Positions 51,914 through 61,861 of a stretch of 64,000 nucleotides of DNA are shown piece by piece (position 1 is the first letter of the stretch; each line of letters starts with the position of its first letter). Both the position numbers and the translations under genes were made by a program. The notes beneath the pieces were generated by a model. It saw only the letters and a list, made by a program, of their open reading frames with translations, searched no databases and had not been told where the DNA came from. Origin of the DNA: an uncultured Rhodopirellula sp. (GTDB taxonomy: Bacteria; Planctomycetota; Planctomycetia; Pirellulales; Pirellulaceae); NCBI GenBank assembly GCA_964007735.1, contig CAXGAI010000006.1, positions 1 to 64,000 of the forward strand, written 5' to 3'.

Positions 51914-52630
51914 CTATGGACCTTCATCAACCATCTCAAATTTGGCTATCGGAACATAACGATATCCGACTCCTCGCACCGTTTGCAGTAAGACCGCACG
52001 CTCTCCCAGCTTTTGCCTCAATGACTTCATGTGAACATCAATCGTTCGTTCCGTTGAGCAATTATCTTCTCCGCGACAGGCTTCGAGCAGTTCCAAGCGG
52101 CTGTAAGTTCGCTCCGGTTGCTTCATCAAAAACCACAGCAATCTCAGTTCCGTAGGCGTCAGAACTATTGGAACATTTTCCAGACTGGCGACATGATTCA
52201 AGCGATCCACGCAAATCCCACAACTCTCAACAAGATCATTCTGCATCGATTCTCCGAGAGGCCGTCGCAACAAAGCTTTAATACGATGCATCAGCGGATG
52301 CAGTTTGTAGGGTTTGATGACATAATCATCGGCTCCCATACTGAAGCCGACCACTTCATCCACTTCCTCCGCTTTAGCTGTCAGCATTAGAATACGAATA
52401 TTCTGAGTGTGGGGATTACTTCGCAACTGAGTGCAGATCTGCAAACCATCCATGGAGGGCAGCATAATATCAAGGACAACCAGGTCAGGCTCAACGGCCT
52501 GAGCTTTCTCCAGACCTTCCACTCCGTCGTTTGCCGTAAACACCTGATACCCTTCACGCACCAGATTGTATTCAAGGATATCGGCCAACGCCTTTTCGTC
52601 CTCGATAATTAATATTCGCTCTTGAGCCAT
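51914..52630 (-). CDS. phoB: OmpR/PhoB family response regulator
   Basis: IIEDE, VLDIMLP, GADDYVIKP, RTIDVH and TVRGVGY; downstream of phoU; start placed at MAQER. Confidence 0.8.
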   Translation of the reverse strand: MAQERILIIEDEKALADILEYNLVREGYQVFTANDGVEGLEKAQAVEPDLVVLDIMLPSMDGLQICTQLRSNPHTQNIRILMLTAKAEEVDEVVGFSMGADDYVIKPYKLHPLMHRIKALLRRPLGESMQNDLVESCGICVDRLNHVASLENVPIVLTPTELRLLWFLMKQPERTYSRLELLEACRGEDNCSTERTIDVHMKSLRQKLGERAVLLQTVRGVGYRYVPIAKFEMVDEGP

Positions 52631-52687
52631 TTCTTTTCCTCTTTCTTGTGTTATTACCGAGTTCCCACTTCGCAAACACACCTCAAC

Positions 52688-53404
52688 TCAACTCATCACA
52701 TGACGTTGATGGCGAACAATAGCCCCTTCCACTAGGTAAACAACATCCTCCGCAATATTGGTCGCATGATCTGCAATCCGCTCGATATGGCGTGAAGCCG
52801 AAAAGAGATGCAACGCCGGTTCTATACAATCGTGCTCAGCACGCATAACACCTCGGAGTTGAGTAATGATCTGCAACTGCAAGGAATCCACATGATGATC
52901 GGTCGCAAAGACCTCTCGGGCCAAATCATTATCCAGACGAACATATGCATCAATACTTTGATTGAGCATCTTCACAGCGATCCGCATCATTTCAGGCAAA
53001 GCTTCCGGTATCGTGATGACTGGGCCCTTCATAATCCCCATTGCTCGCTCAGCAATATTGACGCCAAGATCTGCTACACGTTCCAACTCATTAGAAATTT
53101 TCAAAACGGTCGCAATACGTCGCAAGTCACCAGCCACAGGCTGATGCAACGCCAGAATTTTCAGACAGCTCTCTTCGATTCGGACATCCCATTGATCGAT
53201 TTGATCATCTTCTTCCGCCAACGATTTTGCTAAATCAAAATCCGGTGACTTTAACTGTTCCCACGCACGTTTCACAAGTTCTTCCACCATCACGCTCATT
53301 GTCATGACGTCTCGGTGAAGATTGTCCAAGTCTCGTGTTAAGTGCGTCGACACCGCGCTATTCCATCCATAATTGTGCAGCAGATTTAGGACATCAAAAC
53401 CCAC
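52688..53404 (-). CDS. phoU: Phosphate signalling complex protein PhoU
   Basis: QPVAGDLR, ELERVAD and IERIADHATNIAE motifs. Confidence 0.93.
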   Translation of the reverse strand: MGFDVLNLLHNYGWNSAVSTHLTRDLDNLHRDVMTMSVMVEELVKRAWEQLKSPDFDLAKSLAEEDDQIDQWDVRIEESCLKILALHQPVAGDLRRIATVLKISNELERVADLGVNIAERAMGIMKGPVITIPEALPEMMRIAVKMLNQSIDAYVRLDNDLAREVFATDHHVDSLQLQIITQLRGVMRAEHDCIEPALHLFSASRHIERIADHATNIAEDVVYLVEGAIVRHQRHVMS

Positions 53405-53820
53405 AGAATTTGTAATACCTTTCTTATCGTATAATTTTTTATTAAGAAATCAGACGAACGCTTATTAAAATTCAGTGAAGAACGTTTGAGCCTATTAACT
53501 TGGTGCTCCCTCCGAAGGCTAGAAACCAAATTGGCGACTCCCCATGGCGAGCGAAGTAAAGAAAGTTCGGAATAGAAGGTACCCTGCAGACTGCCCGACT
53601 TCCAACCTGCGATGACTGGTGAGCTTTCCGCCTGATGGATAAATCCATACCTCAGAACCGGTATAACCGGTTAAGTACTTAAATTGACCATTACCGTTTT
53701 CAAGATAAGTCTGTCTCAAATCAAACTACGGCTTGAAAAATAGTCCCGAAAGTGCAATTATTAGAAGGGTAGTATCAACCCTCAACGATGTTTTAACTCT
53801 CACTGAAATAGGTGTGTAAT

Positions 53821-54177
53821 ATGGCTTCGGACGTAACCCGATTCAATATTCAAACAATCGATGGCGTTACCATCGCTAAATTTATTGACAATCGAATTCT
53901 TGATGAGGCAACCATTCAAGTGATCGGCGAACAGATGTATCGTCTGGTGGACGATCATGGATTCCGTAAAGTCCTGTTAGACTTCGAGGCGGTTGAACAC
54001 TTGTCTAGTGCTGCACTGGGAAAGCTGATCAATATGAAGAAGAAAATGGATGCGGCCGGTGGACAGCTGGGCATGTGTAGCTTACGCCCTGAATTATTAA
54101 AGATCTTTAAAGTGACCAAACTCACTAAAGTCTTTGACATCTCCGCATCTATTGAAAAAGCCCTGAAAGGATTTTAG
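53821..54177 (+). CDS. STAS domain anti-sigma factor antagonist (RsbV/SpoIIAA-like)
   Basis: VLLDFEAVEHLSSAALG and IFKVTKL motifs. Confidence 0.88.
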   Translation: MASDVTRFNIQTIDGVTIAKFIDNRILDEATIQVIGEQMYRLVDDHGFRKVLLDFEAVEHLSSAALGKLINMKKKMDAAGGQLGMCSLRPELLKIFKVTKLTKVFDISASIEKALKGF

Positions 54178-54192
54178 GGTAACCTCCCCGAT

Positions 54193-54225
54193 GGGTAATG
54201 GTGTGGAATGATCATTGCCCTTTTT
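54193..54225 (+). terminator. Terminator-like hairpin between the STAS and RsbW-like genes
   Basis: gggtaatggt/atcattgccc 10-bp stem followed by ttttt. Confidence 0.55.
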
Positions 54226-54296
54226 CGCTTCTTACAGATTTCCAGAGTTCTCTGACATATCTTATCTTCTGAGTTCTCGCGCCTGTAAACGCAAAC

Positions 54297-54716
54297 ATGT
54301 CCGAATTGATGATTTACAACCAGACTTTCGCAAGCGACTTGCATATTTCCGCAGATGTCCAAAAGGAAATCCAGGAATTGTGGCAGTCTCGTGGAATGAG
54401 CGATATGGATCTTCCTGACCTGCAACTTGCGTTGGAAGAGGGACTAGCCAATGCGATAAAGCATGGCAACAAAATGGATCCAGAGAAAACAGTCACCGTT
54501 GAGTGCTTCCTCAATGGAGATATCGTCCGTGTGGTCATTCAGGATGAAGGACCTGGCTTTGATCCTAACGATGTTCCCGACCCAACTCTCCCAGAGAATC
54601 TGGACAAACCAAGTGGCCGCGGTGTAATGCTTATGAAGGCGTTTATGGATGACGTTCTCTACAATGAAACCGGCAACCAACTGACCTTCATTAAACGCTG
54701 CACCTTTAACCGCTAA
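54297..54716 (+). CDS. Anti-sigma factor Ser kinase (RsbW/SpoIIAB-like)
   Basis: EEGLANAIKHGN, DEGPGF and SGRGVMLM GHKL motifs. Confidence 0.88.
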   Translation: MSELMIYNQTFASDLHISADVQKEIQELWQSRGMSDMDLPDLQLALEEGLANAIKHGNKMDPEKTVTVECFLNGDIVRVVIQDEGPGFDPNDVPDPTLPENLDKPSGRGVMLMKAFMDDVLYNETGNQLTFIKRCTFNR

Positions 54717-54814
54717 AGTTCTTAACCGAACCCAAGCTCGAATAAACCACCCTTTCAACCGGGTCTTCGATTTCTGCTTTCCATTCTTCGATATGTCAGG
54801 GCTTAATCCGAGAA

Positions 54815-56773
54815 CTACTCGAGAGCGTCCAATTCGCGACGAAAGCCGCCCGAGAGAATCGGAAAGCGACACCAGGTCTTGGGGTCCAGATTTTCATCAT
54901 CCACATGAAAGGAGGGTGCGAATCGCTCTCGCTTCCATTGATTACGAGACCAAAGTTGAAAGAAACGCTTAATCCATTCAATTAATTGTCGGCGATCGGC
55001 TTGGTACGAAGATATCAATTCGTGCTGCTGTAAAACACGAAAAACCTCTGCCGGCATCATCTTATCTCGAATAGCCAAACGCTCAATCAGATCCAAAATC
55101 TCATACGGCATCAAATCGGATTCGTCGGTTTGATTTTCTTCCGGCGGTCGGAGTTCTGCGGTTGGTTGTTGAGCATTCACCTTCACTAACTCAGGAATGG
55201 GTTCACCACCCTCGGGTCCTTCGATTTCCAACCAGCGGAGCCATTTTCTTAAGAAAGCTTTATCGATTCCAGCAATCGGCGAAATTCCGCCGCAGGTATC
55301 TCCATCCATCGTGGTATACCCCACCGCTGCTTCGGAACGATTACTTGTTGCTAACAGTAATCCGCGTTTGATATTTGCTAACATCCAGACACTCGGTGCA
55401 CGCCCACGTGCCTGAATATTCTGTAAGGCCAGATCATCACGATCCCATGTTAATTCTCGTTGCAACGCATTGCTGACTAGTGACTTATATTCTTCAACCA
55501 CCCCATCAACATTGAGCTCATAAAATTGGGCACCGATTGCATGAGCAATACTCTCAGCAGCATCGCGAGTAATCTCGCCACTGTTGCGGGTAGCCTGATA
55601 AACACACCACAATAATTCGCCAACCCACTTTTCCGCCGTTTCGGGAGCCGAATTCTCAAAGCAATGCCGTAACCGGTATGCTACTCCGGACAAACCAATT
55701 TCCTTGACTGCAAAGTCAATCATCAGTTTGACCAACACCGCCACGGTCGCCGAGTCGGCGCCTCCGCTGAGCGACAAGACAAAGCCCCGTGAATACGATT
55801 TGCGCATATAATCGAACAATGCCAACGAAAGAGCTCGAGAGAACTCCTCCTCTTTCAGTACCATGCTCGTTTCCCAGGCACACTCTTCTACTGCGTCAGC
55901 AGCAACAGGCTCAGCAGTTTCAAATAACTCAAACTCACAGCAAACAGCGGTTGTTGACTCCGCTACCGGTACATCGACAACTGCAGTGGTTAACACCACA
56001 TCCTGATATGAAAAACGAGGGCCTGAGGCGACAACGACTCCATCTACACCGATCATCGTATCACCATCATAGATAGCACGGCCCGCTTCATTCCCAACGA
56101 GATTGGCGTACACATAGGCACCATGAATTGTTTGACTTCCGGCCATCAGCAACTGTCGACGAATCTGGTGTTTTCCAAACGCAAAATGAGATGCACTTGG
56201 ATTCAGTAACACGCCAACCTTTCTCGATGCTAATCGTGCAGCAGGCCTTTCTTCAACCCACGCGTCTTCGCAGATTTCAAATCCAACATGCACTCCGCCT
56301 ATTTGAAAAGTCACATCACCGAAAGGGATATCGTTTCCCGCAACCTGAACGAGCGTTTGTTTATTAGGAGGCCAGGCCGTAAACCAACGAGGCTCATAAT
56401 GCAGGCCATCACCAGCTAAATTCTGCTTGGCAACAAACCCCTCTAACTGACCATCGACGACCATTGCGACGGTATTATAAGTCCGGCCATCAATTCGCAT
56501 GGGCAAGCCGAAGGCGACGGCAATACCCTGCGTATGTGAGACGAGATCCTGAACAAGTAGTTCAAGCGAAGTTGCCAGTACACCCTGGGACATAAAGGCA
56601 TCTTCACACCCATAGCCCGAAATACATAATTCCGGAAGACAGAGCAGATCCACCTGCTGCGCCTTAGCTTGTTCAATCGCTGAGAGGATATTCTGACAGT
56701 TTTGCTCCCAGGCAATCGGAGTTTGATTCAACGCAGCGGCAGCCAGCTTTATCCGTTTCATCATTTGCTCCAC
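54815..56773 (-). CDS. nadE: Glutamine-dependent NAD+ synthetase
   Basis: Nitrilase domain LPELC / K / ICEDAW; SLSGGADS, QNIQAR and PTAEL motifs. Confidence 0.93.
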   Translation of the reverse strand: MEQMMKRIKLAAAALNQTPIAWEQNCQNILSAIEQAKAQQVDLLCLPELCISGYGCEDAFMSQGVLATSLELLVQDLVSHTQGIAVAFGLPMRIDGRTYNTVAMVVDGQLEGFVAKQNLAGDGLHYEPRWFTAWPPNKQTLVQVAGNDIPFGDVTFQIGGVHVGFEICEDAWVEERPAARLASRKVGVLLNPSASHFAFGKHQIRRQLLMAGSQTIHGAYVYANLVGNEAGRAIYDGDTMIGVDGVVVASGPRFSYQDVVLTTAVVDVPVAESTTAVCCEFELFETAEPVAADAVEECAWETSMVLKEEEFSRALSLALFDYMRKSYSRGFVLSLSGGADSATVAVLVKLMIDFAVKEIGLSGVAYRLRHCFENSAPETAEKWVGELLWCVYQATRNSGEITRDAAESIAHAIGAQFYELNVDGVVEEYKSLVSNALQRELTWDRDDLALQNIQARGRAPSVWMLANIKRGLLLATSNRSEAAVGYTTMDGDTCGGISPIAGIDKAFLRKWLRWLEIEGPEGGEPIPELVKVNAQQPTAELRPPEENQTDESDLMPYEILDLIERLAIRDKMMPAEVFRVLQQHELISSYQADRRQLIEWIKRFFQLWSRNQWKRERFAPSFHVDDENLDPKTWCRFPILSGGFRRELDALE

Positions 56774-56809
56774 TAAACTGAGGGTATCAAATACCGCCGT
56801 CGCCAGACC

Positions 56810-58003
56810 CTATTCTTTATCCCGTAATTCCTTGATCGCTTTAGGAAGCAACTTATCGACAAACCCACGGGCTCCACGCCCTTCTTCGTCGATACGAAAG
56901 TCAACATCTTCAACAATTATCTGAACATCCGCTTTCCAGAACTCTTCTTTTTCTTTCATCGACAGTCCGTCCTCCAATGGGCGAACTAAACGCATACCAA
57001 CTCCAAGAGCCGGCCCACTGGTAAACCACCACGGGCTGAGAGGGATATTAGGATCTTCACCTCGCCATTCATCATCACTTGACGGTAATCTTGAAGCACT
57101 ACGACAATCCTGTGGATCCAAATCATAATACCCCCCGCGGACAACACGTGGGAATAACTCCTTGGTTTTAACCAAAGCATCAGCCGTGGAAACTCGCTTA
57201 CCACCAAATTTGGCATAACCATCTTCTAACATTCCATCCAAGACCCACTCGCAGGCATTCCCATACATATCATAAAGACCCCATGGATTGGGTTGCTTTT
57301 GACCAACCGGATGTGTGGTTTCATTTGAATTTCCGTAGTGCCAGCCATAATCATCCAAGTCCGCCGGATCATCACCAAAATGATAGGCTGTCTTAGTTCC
57401 TGCGCGGCAAGCGTACTCCCATTCTGCTTCCGTCGGCAATCGATAGAAGCGTTCACTCATTAGTGATAACCACTTCGTATACTGCTTCGCAGCATACTGA
57501 CTCATAGAAACCGCCGGGAGTTCAGGCTCTTCACCATTACGATACGTGAAACTTGTATCGTAGAGATTTGACGGAGCTGAAATGACGAGTGGATTCTTAT
57601 CTTCTGATAAAAGACGCAATTTGTGGGTTTCAAACCCTTTGAAGATATCATGCATTGCCATATAGGATTTGTATTCTTTCCAGGTCACTTCGTATTGGCC
57701 AATCCAGAAAGGGCTTATTTCCACTTCAAACTGAGGGCCTTCCTGATCCTGACGATCCGCTTCCATTTCCGGGCTTCCAATCGTCGCAACACCTCCAGCG
57801 ACTGGAATCATCTTGTACTTGACGTCAGTGCCCGGAATCACTGTTTCATAAGGCACCATGTAGCCAACTTCCGTCTTTACAGAAGGACCTTCGTCAGGCT
57901 TTTCAAGTACAATTCCCAACGGCAGCTTCTCTTCAGCTGTGCAAATACTTGTCAGCAAAACCAGCAGACAAATCCCGATAAACATACGTATTTTCATCAT
58001 CAC
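56810..58003 (-). CDS. Secreted formylglycine-generating-enzyme-fold (SUMF1/PvdO-like) protein
   Basis: YEVT, RLPTEAEWEYACRAG, NPWGLYDMYGN and RVVRGG; lacks the catalytic Cys pair of true FGE. Confidence 0.87.
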   Translation of the reverse strand: MMMKIRMFIGICLLVLLTSICTAEEKLPLGIVLEKPDEGPSVKTEVGYMVPYETVIPGTDVKYKMIPVAGGVATIGSPEMEADRQDQEGPQFEVEISPFWIGQYEVTWKEYKSYMAMHDIFKGFETHKLRLLSEDKNPLVISAPSNLYDTSFTYRNGEEPELPAVSMSQYAAKQYTKWLSLMSERFYRLPTEAEWEYACRAGTKTAYHFGDDPADLDDYGWHYGNSNETTHPVGQKQPNPWGLYDMYGNACEWVLDGMLEDGYAKFGGKRVSTADALVKTKELFPRVVRGGYYDLDPQDCRSASRLPSSDDEWRGEDPNIPLSPWWFTSGPALGVGMRLVRPLEDGLSMKEKEEFWKADVQIIVEDVDFRIDEEGRGARGFVDKLLPKAIKELRDKE

Positions 58004-58136
58004 TATTAAATCGCTTTCTCAATTCTATGCCTTGGCCATCTAAGACACTCACAGCATTCTTTGCAACGCTTAGTGAAGTATCGTTTGCCTTGGCTTCTGT
58101 GTAAAGAGAACGCAAAGACTGTTGAGGAATATTAAG

Positions 58137-58661
58137 CTAATGTTGGTTCGTTTTCAGATGATTTACAAGTTGAGAAATGGCTTGGTCATGTTCTTTCCGT
58201 AAACTCTTTCTCCGCCTCTTTGAAAACTGTCTTGCCTGTAAATACTCTAATCGTGTATTCCACTGAAGACGACAGAATGCTCCATCTGGAAACAGATCAA
58301 ATTGATCCATTCCCGTAACGGAATCAACCAAGGACTGACTGATTAAACACACTCTACGATCATGCCATGCCTGCACGATTTCCCGCGAGTTCATGAAGTC
58401 CTTCTCACTCAAGAACACTACCTGCCCTAGGCCCGGTTGCTCTGTCGCCTGGCAATACTGCGTCGCTCCCCCATCCCATTGCCACCACTTTGACAAATCC
58501 TCAAGTTCTCGATAGATGGTAGCCGGTGAAAAGGGAAGACAATGAACCGAAGTAAACTCCAGTCGACGAGGACGAAGTCGCAAACGCCTCCCCAAACTCA
58601 GGGTCAGTAACAGCATTAACACCGCCAGAGCGATTGCCAACAATATTCCCAGATCCAGCAC
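58137..58661 (-). CDS. Membrane-anchored SRPBCC/START-like hypothetical protein
   Basis: N-terminal TM plus basic stretch, then an SRPBCC-like IYRELEDLSKWWQWD pattern. Confidence 0.55.
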   Translation of the reverse strand: MLDLGILLAIALAVLMLLLTLSLGRRLRLRPRRLEFTSVHCLPFSPATIYRELEDLSKWWQWDGGATQYCQATEQPGLGQVVFLSEKDFMNSREIVQAWHDRRVCLISQSLVDSVTGMDQFDLFPDGAFCRLQWNTRLEYLQARQFSKRRRKSLRKEHDQAISQLVNHLKTNQH

Positions 58662-58759
58662 GACTGAACTCTCCCTGCTTCGACAACTTAACTCTTACCG
58701 GGAATTGTCGTGAAGGATGGAAATTTGTCACGTGTTTGGGAATTCCATAAAGAATCGCT

Positions 58760-60124
58760 TTACTCTGCCAGGGAAGGGGAAGGCTCCTTCTCATCTGTTT
58801 TCGGCATTAGATAAACGGCCAGTATTCCAATCAAGTACATGTACCCGCAAATACGTCCGACCTGGTCGTAACGCCCTTCAAACTTTTCTTTAAGGATAAA
58901 AGCTGTCAAAATAATTAAGACCCCAACAATGATGCGCCCAAAGTTGAAACTTACGCCACTCCCGGTCGATCGGATTCTAGTGTCAAACATCTCCGGCAAA
59001 CAAAGAGGAAGCCAGCCGAAGAAAAATCCACTAAAGAAACCAAGGCCGCGCACCCAAAACATGAAGTCATCATGACTCGGATCGGGCAACCCGTATAGAA
59101 ATTGAGTACAAATAAAGGCCAGAACACAAAGACCTGCGTAGCTCAACCGGCGGCCAAGGAAAAATGCTAGCCCACCACCCAACAAGCTGCTGATACTCCC
59201 CGGCCAGGCTCGATGAAAGTTGGCCTCGGCCTTTAAATTAGTTTTTGTTTTTAGTTCAACTGTATCAGCTTCCGCAATTTCCACCTTGGCTGTTTCATTT
59301 TGCTTGTCATAGTCAGCCGCCCAATAGTTGGCCCAGTTTGCCACTCCCCAACCACCAAATAGTGGGACAAAAGCCAGCACGATTCCAATCGCTGTCAATT
59401 TAGCATTCTTGCCACTAAAGACTTCCCCAAATGTCACGGGACTGAGATCGCCCTGACTCGAAGTCGCCCCGCCGGCTTGCTCAGCGAGCCAGGAAGGCGA
59501 CTCGGGTATAAAGAACCACGTAAAGATAGCTAACAGAATTGGTGCCGAACCTGCTTGAAGTGTCCAGTGCCAATCATCGGTGTTCACGTCCTTATACATA
59601 CACCAAAGGGAAAACAACATAATTCCCACATTGGCCGAGGTACCCAATACCCCCGCCAAAATTGGTTTTGCGGTATTAGGCCAAGCTTCCTGAATGAGAG
59701 CCATTCCGTTGGGCCACATTCCTCCAATCCCCATACAGGTTATAAAACGCAAAGCCCAAAAGATATGAACATTCGGTGAAAGCGTCGATAAGAATGAGAA
59801 GATACTGTAGCAGGCAATACTGATAGCCATAGCCTTCGAACGGCCAAATCGGTCACCTACCCATCCAAACACATAACCACCTGCTGCAGCCCCAAAAAGG
59901 AAAGCACAGACGAAAAATCCTGCCCATTGCCCCGCTGAATCAGCCATTGCTTCGCCGAGCAAGTCAGCGGCGGCTGGAAAGTGCACGATCCCATTGATGC
60001 TCATTTGCGTACCAGCAAACATCCATCCTAAGAAGGCCACTACTAAAATGAGGACTCTTTGATTCATACTCAAAGAATAAACTTTTGCGTTAGCCTCTTT
60101 CGTTTCCATTACATCGCTAGCCAT
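58760..60124 (-). CDS. Major facilitator superfamily transporter
   Basis: Motif A GWVGDRFGRS, PESP and PEMFDTRIRSTG; about 12 TM helices. Confidence 0.92.
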   Translation of the reverse strand: MASDVMETKEANAKVYSLSMNQRVLILVVAFLGWMFAGTQMSINGIVHFPAAADLLGEAMADSAGQWAGFFVCAFLFGAAAGGYVFGWVGDRFGRSKAMAISIACYSIFSFLSTLSPNVHIFWALRFITCMGIGGMWPNGMALIQEAWPNTAKPILAGVLGTSANVGIMLFSLWCMYKDVNTDDWHWTLQAGSAPILLAIFTWFFIPESPSWLAEQAGGATSSQGDLSPVTFGEVFSGKNAKLTAIGIVLAFVPLFGGWGVANWANYWAADYDKQNETAKVEIAEADTVELKTKTNLKAEANFHRAWPGSISSLLGGGLAFFLGRRLSYAGLCVLAFICTQFLYGLPDPSHDDFMFWVRGLGFFSGFFFGWLPLCLPEMFDTRIRSTGSGVSFNFGRIIVGVLIILTAFILKEKFEGRYDQVGRICGYMYLIGILAVYLMPKTDEKEPSPSLAE

Positions 60125-60186
60125 ATATTTATATTCCTATTGAGTATCTGCCATCCAAGCACCAGGTCGCCTTAGAACCCTGGTCC

Positions 60187-60606
60187 TCAATCATCAAACT
60201 TAACACAACGCCATTCATCACGCTCCGCCGTGACATCGATCACATTCCCATCAGGGTCGAGCACTTTGAAGGAACGCCCCGGACCTTCTGCCAGCTCAAC
60301 TTCTGTCCGATCTTTGACATCCCCCTTGGAGATCACAGCGCCCCACTCAACAGCCCGGTCCCAGATTTCTTGAAGATTATCGACAATCACACCAAAGTGA
60401 ATGTACTCATCACCTTCCTCAAACCCCGGACGATTACCATCGTAGGGTAACAACGTAATATTGATACAACCGTCGGTGATATCCATCGAGTCGCCCTGCG
60501 GACGCCAGGCAAAAAACTCAAATCCAATCACGTTGGTATAAAAATCACGCGAATTCTCAAGATTTGAACAGCGTAGTGCCATATGCGCCATACGAGTAAT
60601 AGCCAT
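60187..60606 (-). CDS. VOC/glyoxalase family protein
   Basis: HMAL, FYTNVIG, HFGVIVD and DPDGNVID motifs. Confidence 0.87.
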   Translation of the reverse strand: MAITRMAHMALRCSNLENSRDFYTNVIGFEFFAWRPQGDSMDITDGCINITLLPYDGNRPGFEEGDEYIHFGVIVDNLQEIWDRAVEWGAVISKGDVKDRTEVELAEGPGRSFKVLDPDGNVIDVTAERDEWRCVKFDD

Positions 60607-60708
60607 CTATACTTTCCCCACAGGTCTTATTTGATGTTTCCAGTTATTACAAGGATTTGAAGTCCCATTGTACTAATTTCGCAGATGGCACGCCAAAATC
60701 GACTCACA

Positions 60709-61542
60709 CTAGTAAGCCCCGGTTTGTTGTCTAAAAAAACGACAACAACTTTTTACATACTCCGTTGCCGCTTGCGTTGTTTCGATGCCCTGTGCCTGAT
60801 GGATCGTGAAACTACCTTCATAGCCGATAGCACGTAAACCTTGAAACACCTGAGTAAAGTCAACTCCGCCTGTCTCCCACAAATACAAATGGTGAAAGCG
60901 TACCGGGCCCCGGCAATAGGTATCTAAGACCTCCGGCCCCTCAGGATCAAGACGATGATTCTGCACATACACATTCATAATATGGGGTGCGAGCCTTTGC
61001 AGCGTCTCGATACCATAGTCCTGACCATTGAGTAGCAGATTTGCCGGTTCATAAATAATCCCAAAATTGTCTCGATTGATCTCTTTTAACACCTCCAGCA
61101 TTTGATCAACTTCCTCAAACAAGCTGCTCGTATGACATTGATGAGCAAGACGAATCCCACGTTGTGCGGCGAGGTCTGCCGCCTGACGCGCAAAAGCAAT
61201 GTCGATTTCTTTCTTCATGCAAACACGAATCAGCTCACAATCAAATGCCTCTGCCACATCGAGTGATGGACGAATATCTCGCAAACTGTCTGGGCCTTTG
61301 GCATTATTGAGCGGAACATTGTAATCTGCCGTGACCATGGTCACCGGAAGATTAGCGGAGGCTATTTTGGAAGCAAGCGTCTGCCGTCGCTCAGGACCTG
61401 CTTCCACACCAGCGCCGCTAGCTCGCATACAAATCGCACTCGCTCCTCCCTGCTTTACAATCCCGATAAACTCTTCAGCGGGGACATTCAATTTTGTCTT
61501 GCAGGAAGCCTCAACGATACGAACGGAGACAGAAAGATACAT
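60709..61542 (-). CDS. Sugar-phosphate isomerase/epimerase (xylose isomerase-like TIM barrel)
   Basis: NFGIIYEPANL, GGVDF and IGYEG; start placed at MYLSV. Confidence 0.78.
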   Translation of the reverse strand: MYLSVSVRIVEASCKTKLNVPAEEFIGIVKQGGASAICMRASGAGVEAGPERRQTLASKIASANLPVTMVTADYNVPLNNAKGPDSLRDIRPSLDVAEAFDCELIRVCMKKEIDIAFARQAADLAAQRGIRLAHQCHTSSLFEEVDQMLEVLKEINRDNFGIIYEPANLLLNGQDYGIETLQRLAPHIMNVYVQNHRLDPEGPEVLDTYCRGPVRFHHLYLWETGGVDFTQVFQGLRAIGYEGSFTIHQAQGIETTQAATEYVKSCCRFFRQQTGAY

Positions 61543-61642
61543 GAAAGCAAATCCTGTGATGCGACATTGAAAAACAGACCAACCAGCCTTCATTGTAGAG
61601 CATCCTCTTTAACGTCGATGTTCTACGATGCCGAAAGCGCAT

Positions 61643-61673
61643 AAAAATACCCATCGACCAAGGCCGATGGGTA
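61643..61673 (-). terminator. Terminator after tRNA-Lys
   Basis: Minus strand tacccatcggcc/ggtcgatgggta stem followed by ttttt. Confidence 0.8.
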
Positions 61674-61677
61674 CTTG

Positions 61678-61750
<73 letters not shown>

Positions 61751-61861
61751 AATAAGCAACTTAGTTGAATGAGAAATCTGCAGTTTGTCAACCAGTCTAC
61801 TACTCTAACAATTCGGCAATTTACATTCGCAACTATTCCAGAACTTTCTAAAGTGCCGAGA

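Noticed and set aside
56810..58003. True formylglycine-generating enzyme
   Set aside because: Catalytic Cys pair absent; fold-only homologue
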